A stretch of DNA of 64,000 nucleotides from Escherichia phage JLBYU50, in the sequence record OK272470.1. One strand, 5' to 3'. Below the pieces are notes generated by a model. The model ran no database searches, was not told the origin of the DNA, and saw only the letters and a program-made list of their open reading frames with translations. Made by a program: the position numbers and the translations under genes. Below, piece by piece: positions 1 to 9,334 of this stretch (positions within the stretch are counted from its first letter, which is position 1; each line of letters starts with the position of its first letter).

Positions 1-492
1 AACATTCTTTATCTTTCTGTTGGCGGTGGTTTTTTGCAAGACAAGGATGGTAATGATTGGTATCAACTTCAAAAAACCTTGATGGCTGAATATCCCGACG
101 CTTATTTTATTACCTTAGATGATAATAATATTGTACGTGGTGCTACTAAAGATGTTACTACCTATTTCCCTGCCGGACAATCTATTTTAGTTACATATAA
201 TGCACCAGATAAAATAGAAGATGAAAGTAATATTGGCTCTTGGCAATATGTTAAAGGTAAATTTGTTCCTCACAATAGTCTTGCTATTGAAGATGCTACT
301 CTTAAGTTAGAAAAGGAGTTAACTTGGGCTACGAATCAAGTGTCTGCGATTCAAGATTTAGAGGAATTACAAGGTTTATCTGAAGAACAAAAAGATTGGT
401 TAGGAAAAGTTAAACTCTATCGTGCAACATTAATTCAAATTAACGTTGAAGATGCACCTAATATAACTTGGCCTACAAGACCTAAGAAATAG
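1..492 (+). CDS. Tail fibre assembly chaperone (lambda Tfa / T4 gp38-like), 5' partial at window edge
   Basis: Frame is open from position 1. C-terminal ...LGKVKLYRATLIQINVEDAPNITWPTRP resembles the conserved Tfa C-terminus (W..YR..L..VD....I.WP..P). Confidence 0.55.
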   Translation, partial: NILYLSVGGGFLQDKDGNDWYQLQKTLMAEYPDAYFITLDDNNIVRGATKDVTTYFPAGQSILVTYNAPDKIEDESNIGSWQYVKGKFVPHNSLAIEDATLKLEKELTWATNQVSAIQDLEELQGLSEEQKDWLGKVKLYRATLIQINVEDAPNITWPTRPKK

Positions 493-501
493 GGGCAATG
501 T

Positions 502-843
502 ATGGAGCTAACAGAAGTATGGGATATCGCTAAAGAGGCGATTATCCCTCTTATTGGCGTAATCTGGGTGGTCTTCAAACAGAAGATAGATGATATGGCA
601 AGTGATTTGGATAAAATGGAAGACAAATACCGCGAACTAGAAAAGAAGTTGGTGTTTGTTGAATCCACTTATGCTACCAAAGCGGAACTTGCTCAAATGC
701 TTAACCAGATCAACTCTACATTAATGGCAAATAACACTGCCTTAGAACAGAAGATTGAAAAAATAATGGATTTAAAAAATGCTCCTGTTCAATTAATGTT
801 AGAGGAGATTACGAAGCGCACACAAAGTAAGGACAAAAATTAA
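502..843 (+). CDS. Hypothetical small protein with N-terminal hydrophobic helix and coiled-coil
   Basis: 113 aa ORF between tail genes, ends immediately before the next start (ATG overlap at 843). Hydrophobic stretch IIPLIGVIWVVF, then charged heptad-like region. Confidence 0.4.
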   Translation: MELTEVWDIAKEAIIPLIGVIWVVFKQKIDDMASDLDKMEDKYRELEKKLVFVESTYATKAELAQMLNQINSTLMANNTALEQKIEKIMDLKNAPVQLMLEEITKRTQSKDKN

Positions 844-3257
844 TGGCGAATTTTCCAACATATCCTGCTACGACACTAGAACAAGGTGTTGATCTGGTTA
901 TATTCTCGTCTAACCAGATGCATGATGTTATTAATGGGGATGCTACAGCAACTGTAGAAACCGAAACAGGTTTAATACCTACACTGCGTAAAGCACTTGT
1001 TGATAACTTCTTCTTTAAGAGTCCTGTTGCTTGGTCAGCAGGATCAACTGAAACTGTATTTAACCAGTTACGTTATTTTGAAAACGGTATCTTGAGTGGG
1101 TACTATTATGCCCCATCTGCCACTACTGCGAACCCTGTACCTATGCAGGGAACACCTGTAGGAGACAGTAACTGGACTCTGTACGCTCTTAAAACTGAAC
1201 AGTTAGCTTCAGATGTGTATCCTTGGTATTTTAAAGGTGCTACAGGATATGAAACAGAAATCAGTCCTCCTTATATCTTTGATAATGCTATTGTCACCAT
1301 TAACGGTGTAATTCAGATTCAAGGTGAAGCATTTACTATCAAAGATAGTAAAATTATTCTGGCAGAACCATTAGGTTTAGATCCGTCTACTGGTCTACCT
1401 AACAAATTGTTTGCTTTTATTGGTAAAACAACAGCCTCTACTTCTTACGTAGAGAAAAACCTTTTGTCATCCACCACTGGTGCAGCAATGGTTGGTCTTC
1501 CATCTGGAGGCAACCTGTTACAAGCTCAATACTTTGTAACGCCTGAGCAGTTTGGTGCAATTGGTGATGGAGTTACCGATGATACTCAAGCAATTTTAAA
1601 AACCATTACTTTCGCTAACACGAATAACATTCAAGTACGTGCAGATAAGAATTATAGATTCACAAGCTCAATTGCTATGTCTGGTATTCGTTGGTATGGT
1701 GGTACATTCACTGGTAACGGTGGAACAATGATTTCTACTGTGTCCTGTTGGATGGAAAACGTTCGCTTTGAAAAATGTTATGTTAAGATGTTAGGTGGTG
1801 ATTGCCGATTCTATCGTAATATCTTCTCCAATGCAACATCTACAGCAGCATTCTTAATGCAAGCAATGACAAGTGAAGGTACGTTGGACTTCAGTTACAA
1901 CGAAATGTATGGTTGTAAATATGCGATCCTGCAACAAGGTACTGGAGAAGTAATGACCTACGGGCGTTACTCTAACAACTATATTCACGATATTAAAGGT
2001 GATGCTATTGAACTTAACGTAGTTCAAAAACACTACACTGAAGGTTTGATTATCGAGAATAACCACATTGCTAACGTAGATGCTTCTGGACAAGGGGCAA
2101 ACTGGGGTATTGGTATTGGTGTAGCAGGTAGTGGCCCATATGGTGTTGATGTTCCTGATTCACAATATGTACGTAATTTCAGTATCGTTGGGAATAGGGT
2201 TTACAATTGCCGTCAATGTTTACACGTTGAAATGGGTAAAAACTTCACAATACGTGATAATGAAGTTTATCCTAACACAGCAGTTTCAACAGGTACAGGT
2301 TTAACTACTTGTGGTGTTGCATTATACGGATGCCAAGATTTTGAAGTTGATGGTTTAACTGGTTATCTGCTTAATGATCCATCTGTTTCAACACGCATGG
2401 TCTTTATTGACTGGGGTGTTAACAGTGGAAGATATGCGGGGCCACCAATTAACTTTACAATTAAGAATTTGGATATTCCAGAATCTTCAATTGAGATTGC
2501 AACATCTGGATCAGATGACTGGGAAAACTCTACAATTGTTAGTAATATCAATTGTAATGTTTTTAAATGGCGTGGGCTACCATCTAGCTCTACCTTTAAT
2601 AATATTCGTTGCCGTAGTATTGACTTTATTGGTCAACACGGAAGCGGAGAAGGAAGTGGTGGCGGTTTCTATACTCGCAGCCAATTCACGTATATGAAGT
2701 GGGTAGGATGTACAGCACTTAGCGGAGATGAAACAACAGTTTCTTTTGCTAAAATCTACACTGATCGTTGCGATCAGGTTGGAAATAACTTTGGTGTTCC
2801 AACTGCTGTTGATGGTACAGGTCATCGTGGGCCAGTTTTAACTACTATTTCTGAACAATATTTTACAGCTTATGATGAATTCCCAGGTGGGCGTGAATTC
2901 CCTACTGGAACAGTTATTCATTGTGCAAGCGGTAAAAAACATGTTGTTACAGTAGGTGGTGCTTTCTTTAGTGCCAACGAGAAAATAAAAGCAACTGTTA
3001 CAGGTCAAACCTATCTACAGTCTAATGCTTTAAACTGGGCTAGTAATGGCTACGCTAAAGCAGCAGGTACTAAGATTGTTATTCCAGGTGCAGGTGCAAA
3101 TGGCGGCGATCTTGTGACAACTATAGCACGTGCTACATATGTGACAAATAGTTTGTACACAATAGATATTGCAGATCCAATTGTAACACCTACAGCAGAG
3201 AATACACAAATTAAAGCTCTGAACCCTGTTACTTTTGTTACTGTCAATAATGCTTAA
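843..3257 (+). CDS. Tailspike / tail fibre with right-handed beta-helix (pectate-lyase fold) depolymerase domain
   Basis: 804 aa. Motif PEQFGAIGDGVTDDTQAI is typical of pectate-lyase-3/beta-helix tailspikes. Gly/Asn-rich repetitive beta-helix-like sequence. Followed by terminator hairpin at 3262-3284. Confidence 0.7.
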   Translation: MANFPTYPATTLEQGVDLVIFSSNQMHDVINGDATATVETETGLIPTLRKALVDNFFFKSPVAWSAGSTETVFNQLRYFENGILSGYYYAPSATTANPVPMQGTPVGDSNWTLYALKTEQLASDVYPWYFKGATGYETEISPPYIFDNAIVTINGVIQIQGEAFTIKDSKIILAEPLGLDPSTGLPNKLFAFIGKTTASTSYVEKNLLSSTTGAAMVGLPSGGNLLQAQYFVTPEQFGAIGDGVTDDTQAILKTITFANTNNIQVRADKNYRFTSSIAMSGIRWYGGTFTGNGGTMISTVSCWMENVRFEKCYVKMLGGDCRFYRNIFSNATSTAAFLMQAMTSEGTLDFSYNEMYGCKYAILQQGTGEVMTYGRYSNNYIHDIKGDAIELNVVQKHYTEGLIIENNHIANVDASGQGANWGIGIGVAGSGPYGVDVPDSQYVRNFSIVGNRVYNCRQCLHVEMGKNFTIRDNEVYPNTAVSTGTGLTTCGVALYGCQDFEVDGLTGYLLNDPSVSTRMVFIDWGVNSGRYAGPPINFTIKNLDIPESSIEIATSGSDDWENSTIVSNINCNVFKWRGLPSSSTFNNIRCRSIDFIGQHGSGEGSGGGFYTRSQFTYMKWVGCTALSGDETTVSFAKIYTDRCDQVGNNFGVPTAVDGTGHRGPVLTTISEQYFTAYDEFPGGREFPTGTVIHCASGKKHVVTVGGAFFSANEKIKATVTGQTYLQSNALNWASNGYAKAAGTKIVIPGAGANGGDLVTTIARATYVTNSLYTIDIADPIVTPTAENTQIKALNPVTFVTVNNA

Positions 3258-3261
3258 TTAA

Positions 3262-3284
3262 AAAGGGGCGAAAGCCCCTTTATA
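3262..3284 (+). terminator. Rho-independent terminator after tailspike gene
   Basis: AGGGGC-GAAA-GCCCCT followed by TTATAAAA. Confidence 0.55.
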
Positions 3285-3298
3285 AAAGGAGTAGTAAA

Positions 3299-5260
3299 GT
3301 GATTTTAACACGTCCAAATAGTGCCATTGCAGACATGGTAGAGTCTCGCTATAGAAAGCGTAGAAGTTTTGCAAGTGGTTTTACCTTAAGAGATGCTCGT
3401 GAAGCATTGCTCTTTGAAGCTGACGGTAACTACTATCAGTGGAAAGGTTCTCTACCTAAAGTTGTACCTGCTAACTCTACTCCTACATCTACTGGAGGGA
3501 TTTCAGATACAGCTTGGAAAAATGTGGGTAATGCAGATGACATTGCTCAAATAGAATCAGAATTAGATGCTATTGAAGCTGAAATTGAAGATCTTAGAGA
3601 ATCCATTCCAGAAGCTGGTAAATCAGCTTACCAGATTGCCGTAGACAATGGTTTCCAAGGTACTGAGACAGACTGGTTGGCTTCTTTAAAAGGTGATCCA
3701 GGTGCTCCATTAAAGCTGCTAGGGACGCTATCTAATACCAACCAATTACCTACAACTGGAAACAATGCAGGAGATGCATGGATTGTAGGCGAGAATATGT
3801 ATGCTTGGGATGGTACTGCTTGGAGAAAAGTAAACTCACAGGGGCCAGAAGGTAAATCAGCTTATCAAGTTTGGCTTGCAGCAGGAAACCAAGGTACAGA
3901 ACTAGATTATCTTGCTTCAATTAAAGGTGATAAAGGGGAACCTGGCCCAGAGGGGCCACAAGGTGTGCCAGGTAACAATGCTAATGGTTTTGATTACCAA
4001 GGTGCAGCTAATTCCGTTTCAGATCTTCCTTCTGCATCTCCTGGAAACACATCTCAAGCATGGAGTATTGGTACATATCTATACGTGTCAAACGGTGTAG
4101 AATGGATCAATATGGGCGCTATAGTGGGGCCAAAAGGAGATAAAGGCGACAAAGGAGATAAGGGTAACACTGGTGATTCTGCTTATCAAGTCTGGTTAAA
4201 TGCTGGTAACGTTGGTACTATTGACGAATATATTGCCTCTCTGAAAGGAGAAAAAGGTGATAAGGGAGACAAGGGTGATCAAGGTGAGCAGGGTATACAA
4301 GGCTTGACGGGGCCAACTGGTGCAGGGTTGACAATTATTGATATTCTGACTGACACTTCTGAACTACCACAAACTGGAGAAGATGGTGATGGTTATCTGA
4401 TCAATAATGAACTTTGGGTTTGGTTGCAAGGAGCCACACAGTGGACAAATGTTGGTCGTTTAGCTGGTACTCCAATCACTGCAAAAGGACACGTTGCGTC
4501 TGCAAGTGCACTTCCTCCTACAGCCAATTACGGTGATGCTTATCTGACGGAAGATACAGGTCATCTTTACATTTACACCTATGATGAACAAACTCAAACT
4601 GCTGAATATGTAGATATGGGTAGTTTGAAAGGTGATAAGGGTGAAAAAGGTGACGCTGGTACTAACGGTACAGACGGTGCAACTTGGATTGTTAAAACAA
4701 CAGATCCAATCTCTAGTGATGGTAAACAAGGTGATTATGCCTTTAATATCTCCACTGGCGAGGTGTTCTTAAAAACATCTGCAACTGCCTGGACTTCTCA
4801 AGGTACACTGCCTAGCATCACAGATGCACCTAGTGACGGTAAAATTTATGCTCGTAAAGATGGAGCATGGGAAGAACTCACTAGTTCTGTAGATGGTCAA
4901 GATATAGTTCCAACAAAAGTAACAGCTAATTTTATAGAGGTTACAGCATACACCAACAACTCTGTTACAGGTGACTGGACACCTCCAGGAACACATAACA
5001 TGAATGTGTTGAATCTTACTGGTAACGCTACTATAAAAGCATGGCCTGGTGTCGAAGATAGCACAAAACCTAAACCATTCTCTGCAATAGTTTATCTTAT
5101 CCAAGATGCCACTGGGGGTCATACTGTTACTTTAGATCCATCTTACAAAGTAATTGGTTCTAGTGATATTAATACAGATCCTAACGGAGTAACAATACTA
5201 CAACTAACATATTGTGGTATTGGCGATTACGTGGATGCTATTGTTGCTAAACGCACATAA
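3299..5260 (+). CDS. Tail fibre protein with collagen-like G-X-Y repeats
   Basis: 653 aa, GTG start after RBS aaaggag. Collagen-like tracts (GDKGEPGPEGPQGVPG; GPKGDKGDKGDKGNTG; GEKGDKGDKGDQGEQGIQGLTGPTG). Module KSAYQ(V/I)..AGNQGTE.DYLAS(L/I)KG repeated 3 times. Terminator at 5264-5288. Confidence 0.7.
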   Translation: MILTRPNSAIADMVESRYRKRRSFASGFTLRDAREALLFEADGNYYQWKGSLPKVVPANSTPTSTGGISDTAWKNVGNADDIAQIESELDAIEAEIEDLRESIPEAGKSAYQIAVDNGFQGTETDWLASLKGDPGAPLKLLGTLSNTNQLPTTGNNAGDAWIVGENMYAWDGTAWRKVNSQGPEGKSAYQVWLAAGNQGTELDYLASIKGDKGEPGPEGPQGVPGNNANGFDYQGAANSVSDLPSASPGNTSQAWSIGTYLYVSNGVEWINMGAIVGPKGDKGDKGDKGNTGDSAYQVWLNAGNVGTIDEYIASLKGEKGDKGDKGDQGEQGIQGLTGPTGAGLTIIDILTDTSELPQTGEDGDGYLINNELWVWLQGATQWTNVGRLAGTPITAKGHVASASALPPTANYGDAYLTEDTGHLYIYTYDEQTQTAEYVDMGSLKGDKGEKGDAGTNGTDGATWIVKTTDPISSDGKQGDYAFNISTGEVFLKTSATAWTSQGTLPSITDAPSDGKIYARKDGAWEELTSSVDGQDIVPTKVTANFIEVTAYTNNSVTGDWTPPGTHNMNVLNLTGNATIKAWPGVEDSTKPKPFSAIVYLIQDATGGHTVTLDPSYKVIGSSDINTDPNGVTILQLTYCGIGDYVDAIVAKRT

Positions 5261-5263
5261 TCA

Positions 5264-5288
5264 AAGCCCCTTCGGGGGCTTATTGTTT
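5264..5288 (+). terminator. Rho-independent terminator after collagen-like fibre gene
   Basis: AGCCCC-TTCG-GGGGCT followed by TATTGTTT. Confidence 0.55.
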
Positions 5289-5299
5289 AAGGAGATTAA

Positions 5300-8119
5300 A
5301 TGTATCCTATTCCTTTATTTATGTCAACAACATCAGCTTCAGTAGTAACAGCTACATCTATAACCACTTCCTCTATTGGTATTGCAATAGTTGGTAGTAA
5401 AAAGCAACTGACATACACAGTTTCACCGGAAGATGGTGCGTTATTTGATATAGCTTTTTCATCTTCAGATAATACCAAAATGGTTATAGATAATAGTGGT
5501 ATGATGGAGTTTGTTGCCGAAGGTGGTTTTGATGCAATAATGACAGCTAAAAATAATTTAGGTGCTGTCTTAACTGATCAATCTGGTGGTTATGCTTCAG
5601 AATTAAGCGTGTACACTGAAAGTCTATCAGCTATGGATGTAGGCACTACTCAACAGTTGGTTGCTACAATCAGTCCAGAAGGTGCTAAAGATCTTCCAGA
5701 CATGGTAATTACGTACACCACAACAGATCCAGAAGTAGCTACTGTAAGCCCTACAGGATTAATAACTGCTCTTAAAGATGGTAATTGCCGTATAGGTTGT
5801 ACTGCAACTTATCAAGGAACAGTGGTGGCCTCTGATAGTTCTTATTTAGGTGTTAATGCTATTCCTGTTATTTCTAATGTAACAGCCGTGGCAAACAGCT
5901 ATGGAGACGTTCGTGTTGCTTGGGATGTAGCTGATCCGCTAGATGGTGATACTTATACTGTAGAAGTATTAGATTTAAGTAATAATAGTGTTCAGTGGAC
6001 TACAACAACCACGAATACTTACGCTTACTTTGATATCTCTGACTCTATTCCTCTTTATGGGTTTGCTCCAACATACCTTAAAATTAGCGTTAAGAGCACC
6101 AAAGCAGCAGCCGTTATCTTTAATAACTCAATAGCTACAGATGATTCGTTCATTAAAGAAGTTATTGTTTTTGCTGGACAAGATAACGTAAATGCACACT
6201 TTACAGAACTATCTGGTGCAAATAAAGCAGCAATGAGTAGCACAACAGCCCGTAATGCATATGCTACGCAACGTGGTTTAGCAAATGCTGAAGTTCTTCC
6301 GTTAAATACAGCTTCTGGATCATCAGCAGCAGATAAATATGCTGACGATAAAGCTGGAACAGGTACACCAGACAACTACTGGTATGATCTGGATAACACA
6401 GCAGATGGGCCATGCTTAACTAACTTTATCACTAAAGTCACACCTTATGCAAGTAAGGTTAAAGCCATTATTTGGGGACAAGGTGAAAATGATGCTGTAT
6501 CATCATCTTCAACTGTTGCAGGTAGATACAGTAACACTACACGTTACCATGATGCTACGATAGCTATCTTTGATAAGATGCGTACAATAGTTCCTGCTTC
6601 TCAAGCAAAAATTGTTTGGCAGATCCTGGGACGTTCTTATTTATATGGTGTAGAAGTTAATGGTGTGGATTGGCAGAAGTACAGAAATGTACAAAGAACC
6701 ATCTCTACAGCACGTGATGATGTTATCATTGGTTCTTGGGTAGATGGTGCTGAACGTTACAGTGGTTATGTTTATGAAGAAGGTATTGATGGTCGTATCC
6801 ATTATATTTCTTCTGTATACCAAACAGCAGCTACAAAACTTGCTAAATCAGCAGCAGACGGTACAGACCTAACATCAACGTCACCTGTTTGGGTTGATAT
6901 GGCTGTTCCAACTGGAGCAACAGCTACTTCCCAATCTAATCAAGATACAATTTTAGTATGGGATGCTCAAGGCTATAGTAAACACTACTTCCGTAATATT
7001 AACGTCTTAACAGCATCTGTATTAACTGAACAAACGCTTAATACGAACAGCTATACGTTTACCTATGCAGATCAAGTAGAACAATATGGTTTTGCAGCAG
7101 GAACTACTATATTTGATGTTGCATATTATGATGAAGCAAATGATGTGTTATCTCCTTTAGTACGTTTTAATGTTAACGTTACAGCAGGAACCGTAGAAGA
7201 TAAACCTGTAGTGATGGATTATGATTTAACACAAGAAACTCTTCCATCAGATGTTAAGGTTAATGGTGGGAACTCTTTTGCTCGTGCTTCTGGAGATACA
7301 CTTGTAGCCACTAACACCTTGGTTGCTCCGTTGGAGTATGTTGGCACTACCCCTGTAGGTAGACGTGTAACAGCTAACACAGCTACACAAATTTTTGTCA
7401 ACAACGCCTTAACAAGCGCAAGCCCGTGGGTAAAGACCAACTTAACTGTTTCAACTTCATCTGATAAATCTCCGGCTGGAACTACTGCCAATGTATTCAA
7501 ATTAACTCCGACTACAACATCTGGTAGTCATATCTTAACTGCAACATATACTAACGCGTACAACATATATGCCGGACGTAACTGGTCTGCCTCTGTTTTC
7601 TTGAAAGCGAACGGGATTACTAAGGCCAAACTAAGATTAAAAGCAGGAACTGAAGTTAATGAGGGTACTTTTGATTTAGCAGCAGGTACATTTACAGGAA
7701 GTGAAGCTAATATTATATCTATGGGTAACGGTTGGTATCGTGCTATTCTGCATAAAACAGGGATAGCCAAACAGTCCTCCATAAGTTTTGAAATAATTGC
7801 CTTGGATGCAACTGGTGCGGAGATTTTCGCTGGGGATGGTACTAGTAACCTTGCAGTTTGGTTGCCACAGCTTGAAGGTGCTCCTACAGGAGAAACATCA
7901 AAAGCTGGAGCGCCTTATGTCTGCACATATCCTGGAAGTTTAGGAGGAGTATCCTTCACTATACCAAGGAACGGACATACTGGTGTGGATGTTTACTATT
8001 CCAACGGGGACGTTGTTCGTGACGTATTCTCTGGTACGGCATCTACTTGGACAATAAACTACTCCAGCTTGTACGATTGGGGATCAGTCTTTATTACAGG
8101 TTTGAAATATTACGACTAA
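5300..8119 (+). CDS. Tail fibre / adhesin with Big_2 (bacterial Ig-like) domain and possible degenerate SASA/SGNH-esterase-like region
   Basis: 939 aa. Big_2-like segment (VITYTTTDPEVATVSPTGLITALKDGNCRIGCTATYQG). Motifs FAGQDNV and IIWGQGENDA resemble GQSN / QGE(S/N)D blocks of sialate-O-acetylesterase-type domains. Terminator at 8124-8151. Confidence 0.6.
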   Translation: MYPIPLFMSTTSASVVTATSITTSSIGIAIVGSKKQLTYTVSPEDGALFDIAFSSSDNTKMVIDNSGMMEFVAEGGFDAIMTAKNNLGAVLTDQSGGYASELSVYTESLSAMDVGTTQQLVATISPEGAKDLPDMVITYTTTDPEVATVSPTGLITALKDGNCRIGCTATYQGTVVASDSSYLGVNAIPVISNVTAVANSYGDVRVAWDVADPLDGDTYTVEVLDLSNNSVQWTTTTTNTYAYFDISDSIPLYGFAPTYLKISVKSTKAAAVIFNNSIATDDSFIKEVIVFAGQDNVNAHFTELSGANKAAMSSTTARNAYATQRGLANAEVLPLNTASGSSAADKYADDKAGTGTPDNYWYDLDNTADGPCLTNFITKVTPYASKVKAIIWGQGENDAVSSSSTVAGRYSNTTRYHDATIAIFDKMRTIVPASQAKIVWQILGRSYLYGVEVNGVDWQKYRNVQRTISTARDDVIIGSWVDGAERYSGYVYEEGIDGRIHYISSVYQTAATKLAKSAADGTDLTSTSPVWVDMAVPTGATATSQSNQDTILVWDAQGYSKHYFRNINVLTASVLTEQTLNTNSYTFTYADQVEQYGFAAGTTIFDVAYYDEANDVLSPLVRFNVNVTAGTVEDKPVVMDYDLTQETLPSDVKVNGGNSFARASGDTLVATNTLVAPLEYVGTTPVGRRVTANTATQIFVNNALTSASPWVKTNLTVSTSSDKSPAGTTANVFKLTPTTTSGSHILTATYTNAYNIYAGRNWSASVFLKANGITKAKLRLKAGTEVNEGTFDLAAGTFTGSEANIISMGNGWYRAILHKTGIAKQSSISFEIIALDATGAEIFAGDGTSNLAVWLPQLEGAPTGETSKAGAPYVCTYPGSLGGVSFTIPRNGHTGVDVYYSNGDVVRDVFSGTASTWTINYSSLYDWGSVFITGLKYYD

Positions 8120-8123
8120 TAAA

Positions 8124-8151
8124 AAAGGAGCCTAATGGCTCCTTTTCTTTT
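8124..8151. terminator. Bidirectional terminator at convergence of + late genes and - strand block
   Basis: AGGAGCC-TAAT-GGCTCCT flanked by A-run upstream and TTTTCTTTT downstream. Confidence 0.6.
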
Positions 8152-8154
8152 ATC

Positions 8155-8586
8155 TTAATCAGTGAAAATTACGCTTACATCTTCTTTAGAAAAGAGTTTA
8201 TGATCTTCACCTTTTGTCTCAAGAGTTTCATACAGGTTAAGAAGTTCTGAAACATCTTTCTCTACCAGTTTCTTCAATGTTGCAATTTTCTGTTTGCGAT
8301 TCTTAATACGTTCAGCTACAACCTTACGTTGGTATCCAGCAGTACGATAACCTGAGAAAGTTACACCAGTGAGACTTGCAGTTACAGGATCGTAATGACG
8401 TTCAATCTGAAATTTATTAAAAGGTACAGCGTCATCACGAATAATCTTCCCGCCATTACTTACTTGACGAAGACCAGTAACTTGTTCTAGTCGTGCCATA
8501 GAAATCTTTGGAGACAGACCAGAGTCTAGGTTCATACCATTGTTAATCAGTGCTTTCAGGGTGATTTTGCTGTTCAGTGTACTCAT
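8155..8586 (-). CDS. Hypothetical protein (start uncertain; overlaps upstream methyltransferase 3' end)
   Basis: 143 aa ORF on the - strand downstream of the MTase. Basic C-terminal region. No motif recognised. Confidence 0.4.
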   Translation of the reverse strand: MSTLNSKITLKALINNGMNLDSGLSPKISMARLEQVTGLRQVSNGGKIIRDDAVPFNKFQIERHYDPVTASLTGVTFSGYRTAGYQRKVVAERIKNRKQKIATLKKLVEKDVSELLNLYETLETKGEDHKLFSKEDVSVIFTD

Positions 8587-9274
8587 TTAGTCGTTCCTCC
8601 GCTTGCTTAAAAATATTTACATCGGCTTCACAGCCTAAGTATTCTCTACCTGTTAAAAGTGCCGCAACTTGTGTTGTTGCACTTCCAGAGAAGAAGTCTA
8701 AGACTACATCTCCTTCGTTGGTGTGTATATTAATAAGGTCACAAAACAAAGTCAAGTGTTTTTGTGTTGGATGAAAACGATCTGCTCCTTGATAGATAGG
8801 ATACTCAAACACACCCTTATGGTAGGAAGCATTGAAGGTTGGCTTAGAACCTTTAACACAAACAATAGCCATTTCTTTAGCGTTACTAAGGTAGTTAACA
8901 CCACTGTTGATGGGTACAGGGTTTGTTTTAATCCATTCAATAGTACGGAACATACGAAAACCAAGCGGTTCAAGGATTTCACGTAGCTCCTGGATCTTCC
9001 AGATATCATACCAAACTATGCAAGTACCACCTTTTCTAAGCACCCTGTAGGCTTCTTTGAATACTTCTTTAAAGTAAGGAATATCTACAACATCCCAATC
9101 ACCAAAGTTGTAAGATACACGGAATCTATCCGTATCTTTTCCAGTAGGCTCTCCAGATTGAAAATTTGTGTCACGAGAAATAGCATATGGTGGGTCAGTA
9201 AGAATCAAATCTACACTATTGCTTTCGAGGGTTTGCAGGTAGTTTAATGCGGTGTTGTTTACAAATTCGCTCAT
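8543..9274 (-). CDS. DNA methyltransferase (amino-MTase: N6-adenine or N4-cytosine), orphan
   Basis: 243 aa. Motif IV DPPY near N-terminus (ILTDPPYAISRD) and motif I FxGSxTT near C-terminus (LDFFSGSATT). No adjacent restriction endonuclease candidate. Confidence 0.8.
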   Translation of the reverse strand: MSEFVNNTALNYLQTLESNSVDLILTDPPYAISRDTNFQSGEPTGKDTDRFRVSYNFGDWDVVDIPYFKEVFKEAYRVLRKGGTCIVWYDIWKIQELREILEPLGFRMFRTIEWIKTNPVPINSGVNYLSNAKEMAIVCVKGSKPTFNASYHKGVFEYPIYQGADRFHPTQKHLTLFCDLINIHTNEGDVVLDFFSGSATTQVAALLTGREYLGCEADVNIFKQAEERLNEYTEQQNHPESTD

Positions 9275-9293
9275 TATATCTCCTTCAAAGAAA

Positions 9294-9311
9294 AGGAGCC
9301 GTTAGGCTCCT
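9294..9311 (-). terminator. Terminator-like hairpin between SSB-like gene and methyltransferase
   Basis: AGGAGCC-GTTA-GGCTCCT; on the - strand it is followed by TTTCTTT. Confidence 0.45.
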
Positions 9312-9334
9312 TATATTCACACAATATTTAACTA

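Noticed and set aside
1854-7782. Multiple 60-117 aa antisense ORFs inside the three tail-fibre genes (for example 1854-2093, 2363-2551, 4460-4729, 4769-5122, 6055-6375, 7219-7500)
   Set aside because: Embedded opposite long, motif-supported fibre CDSs, with no RBS or operon logic; typical shadow frames.
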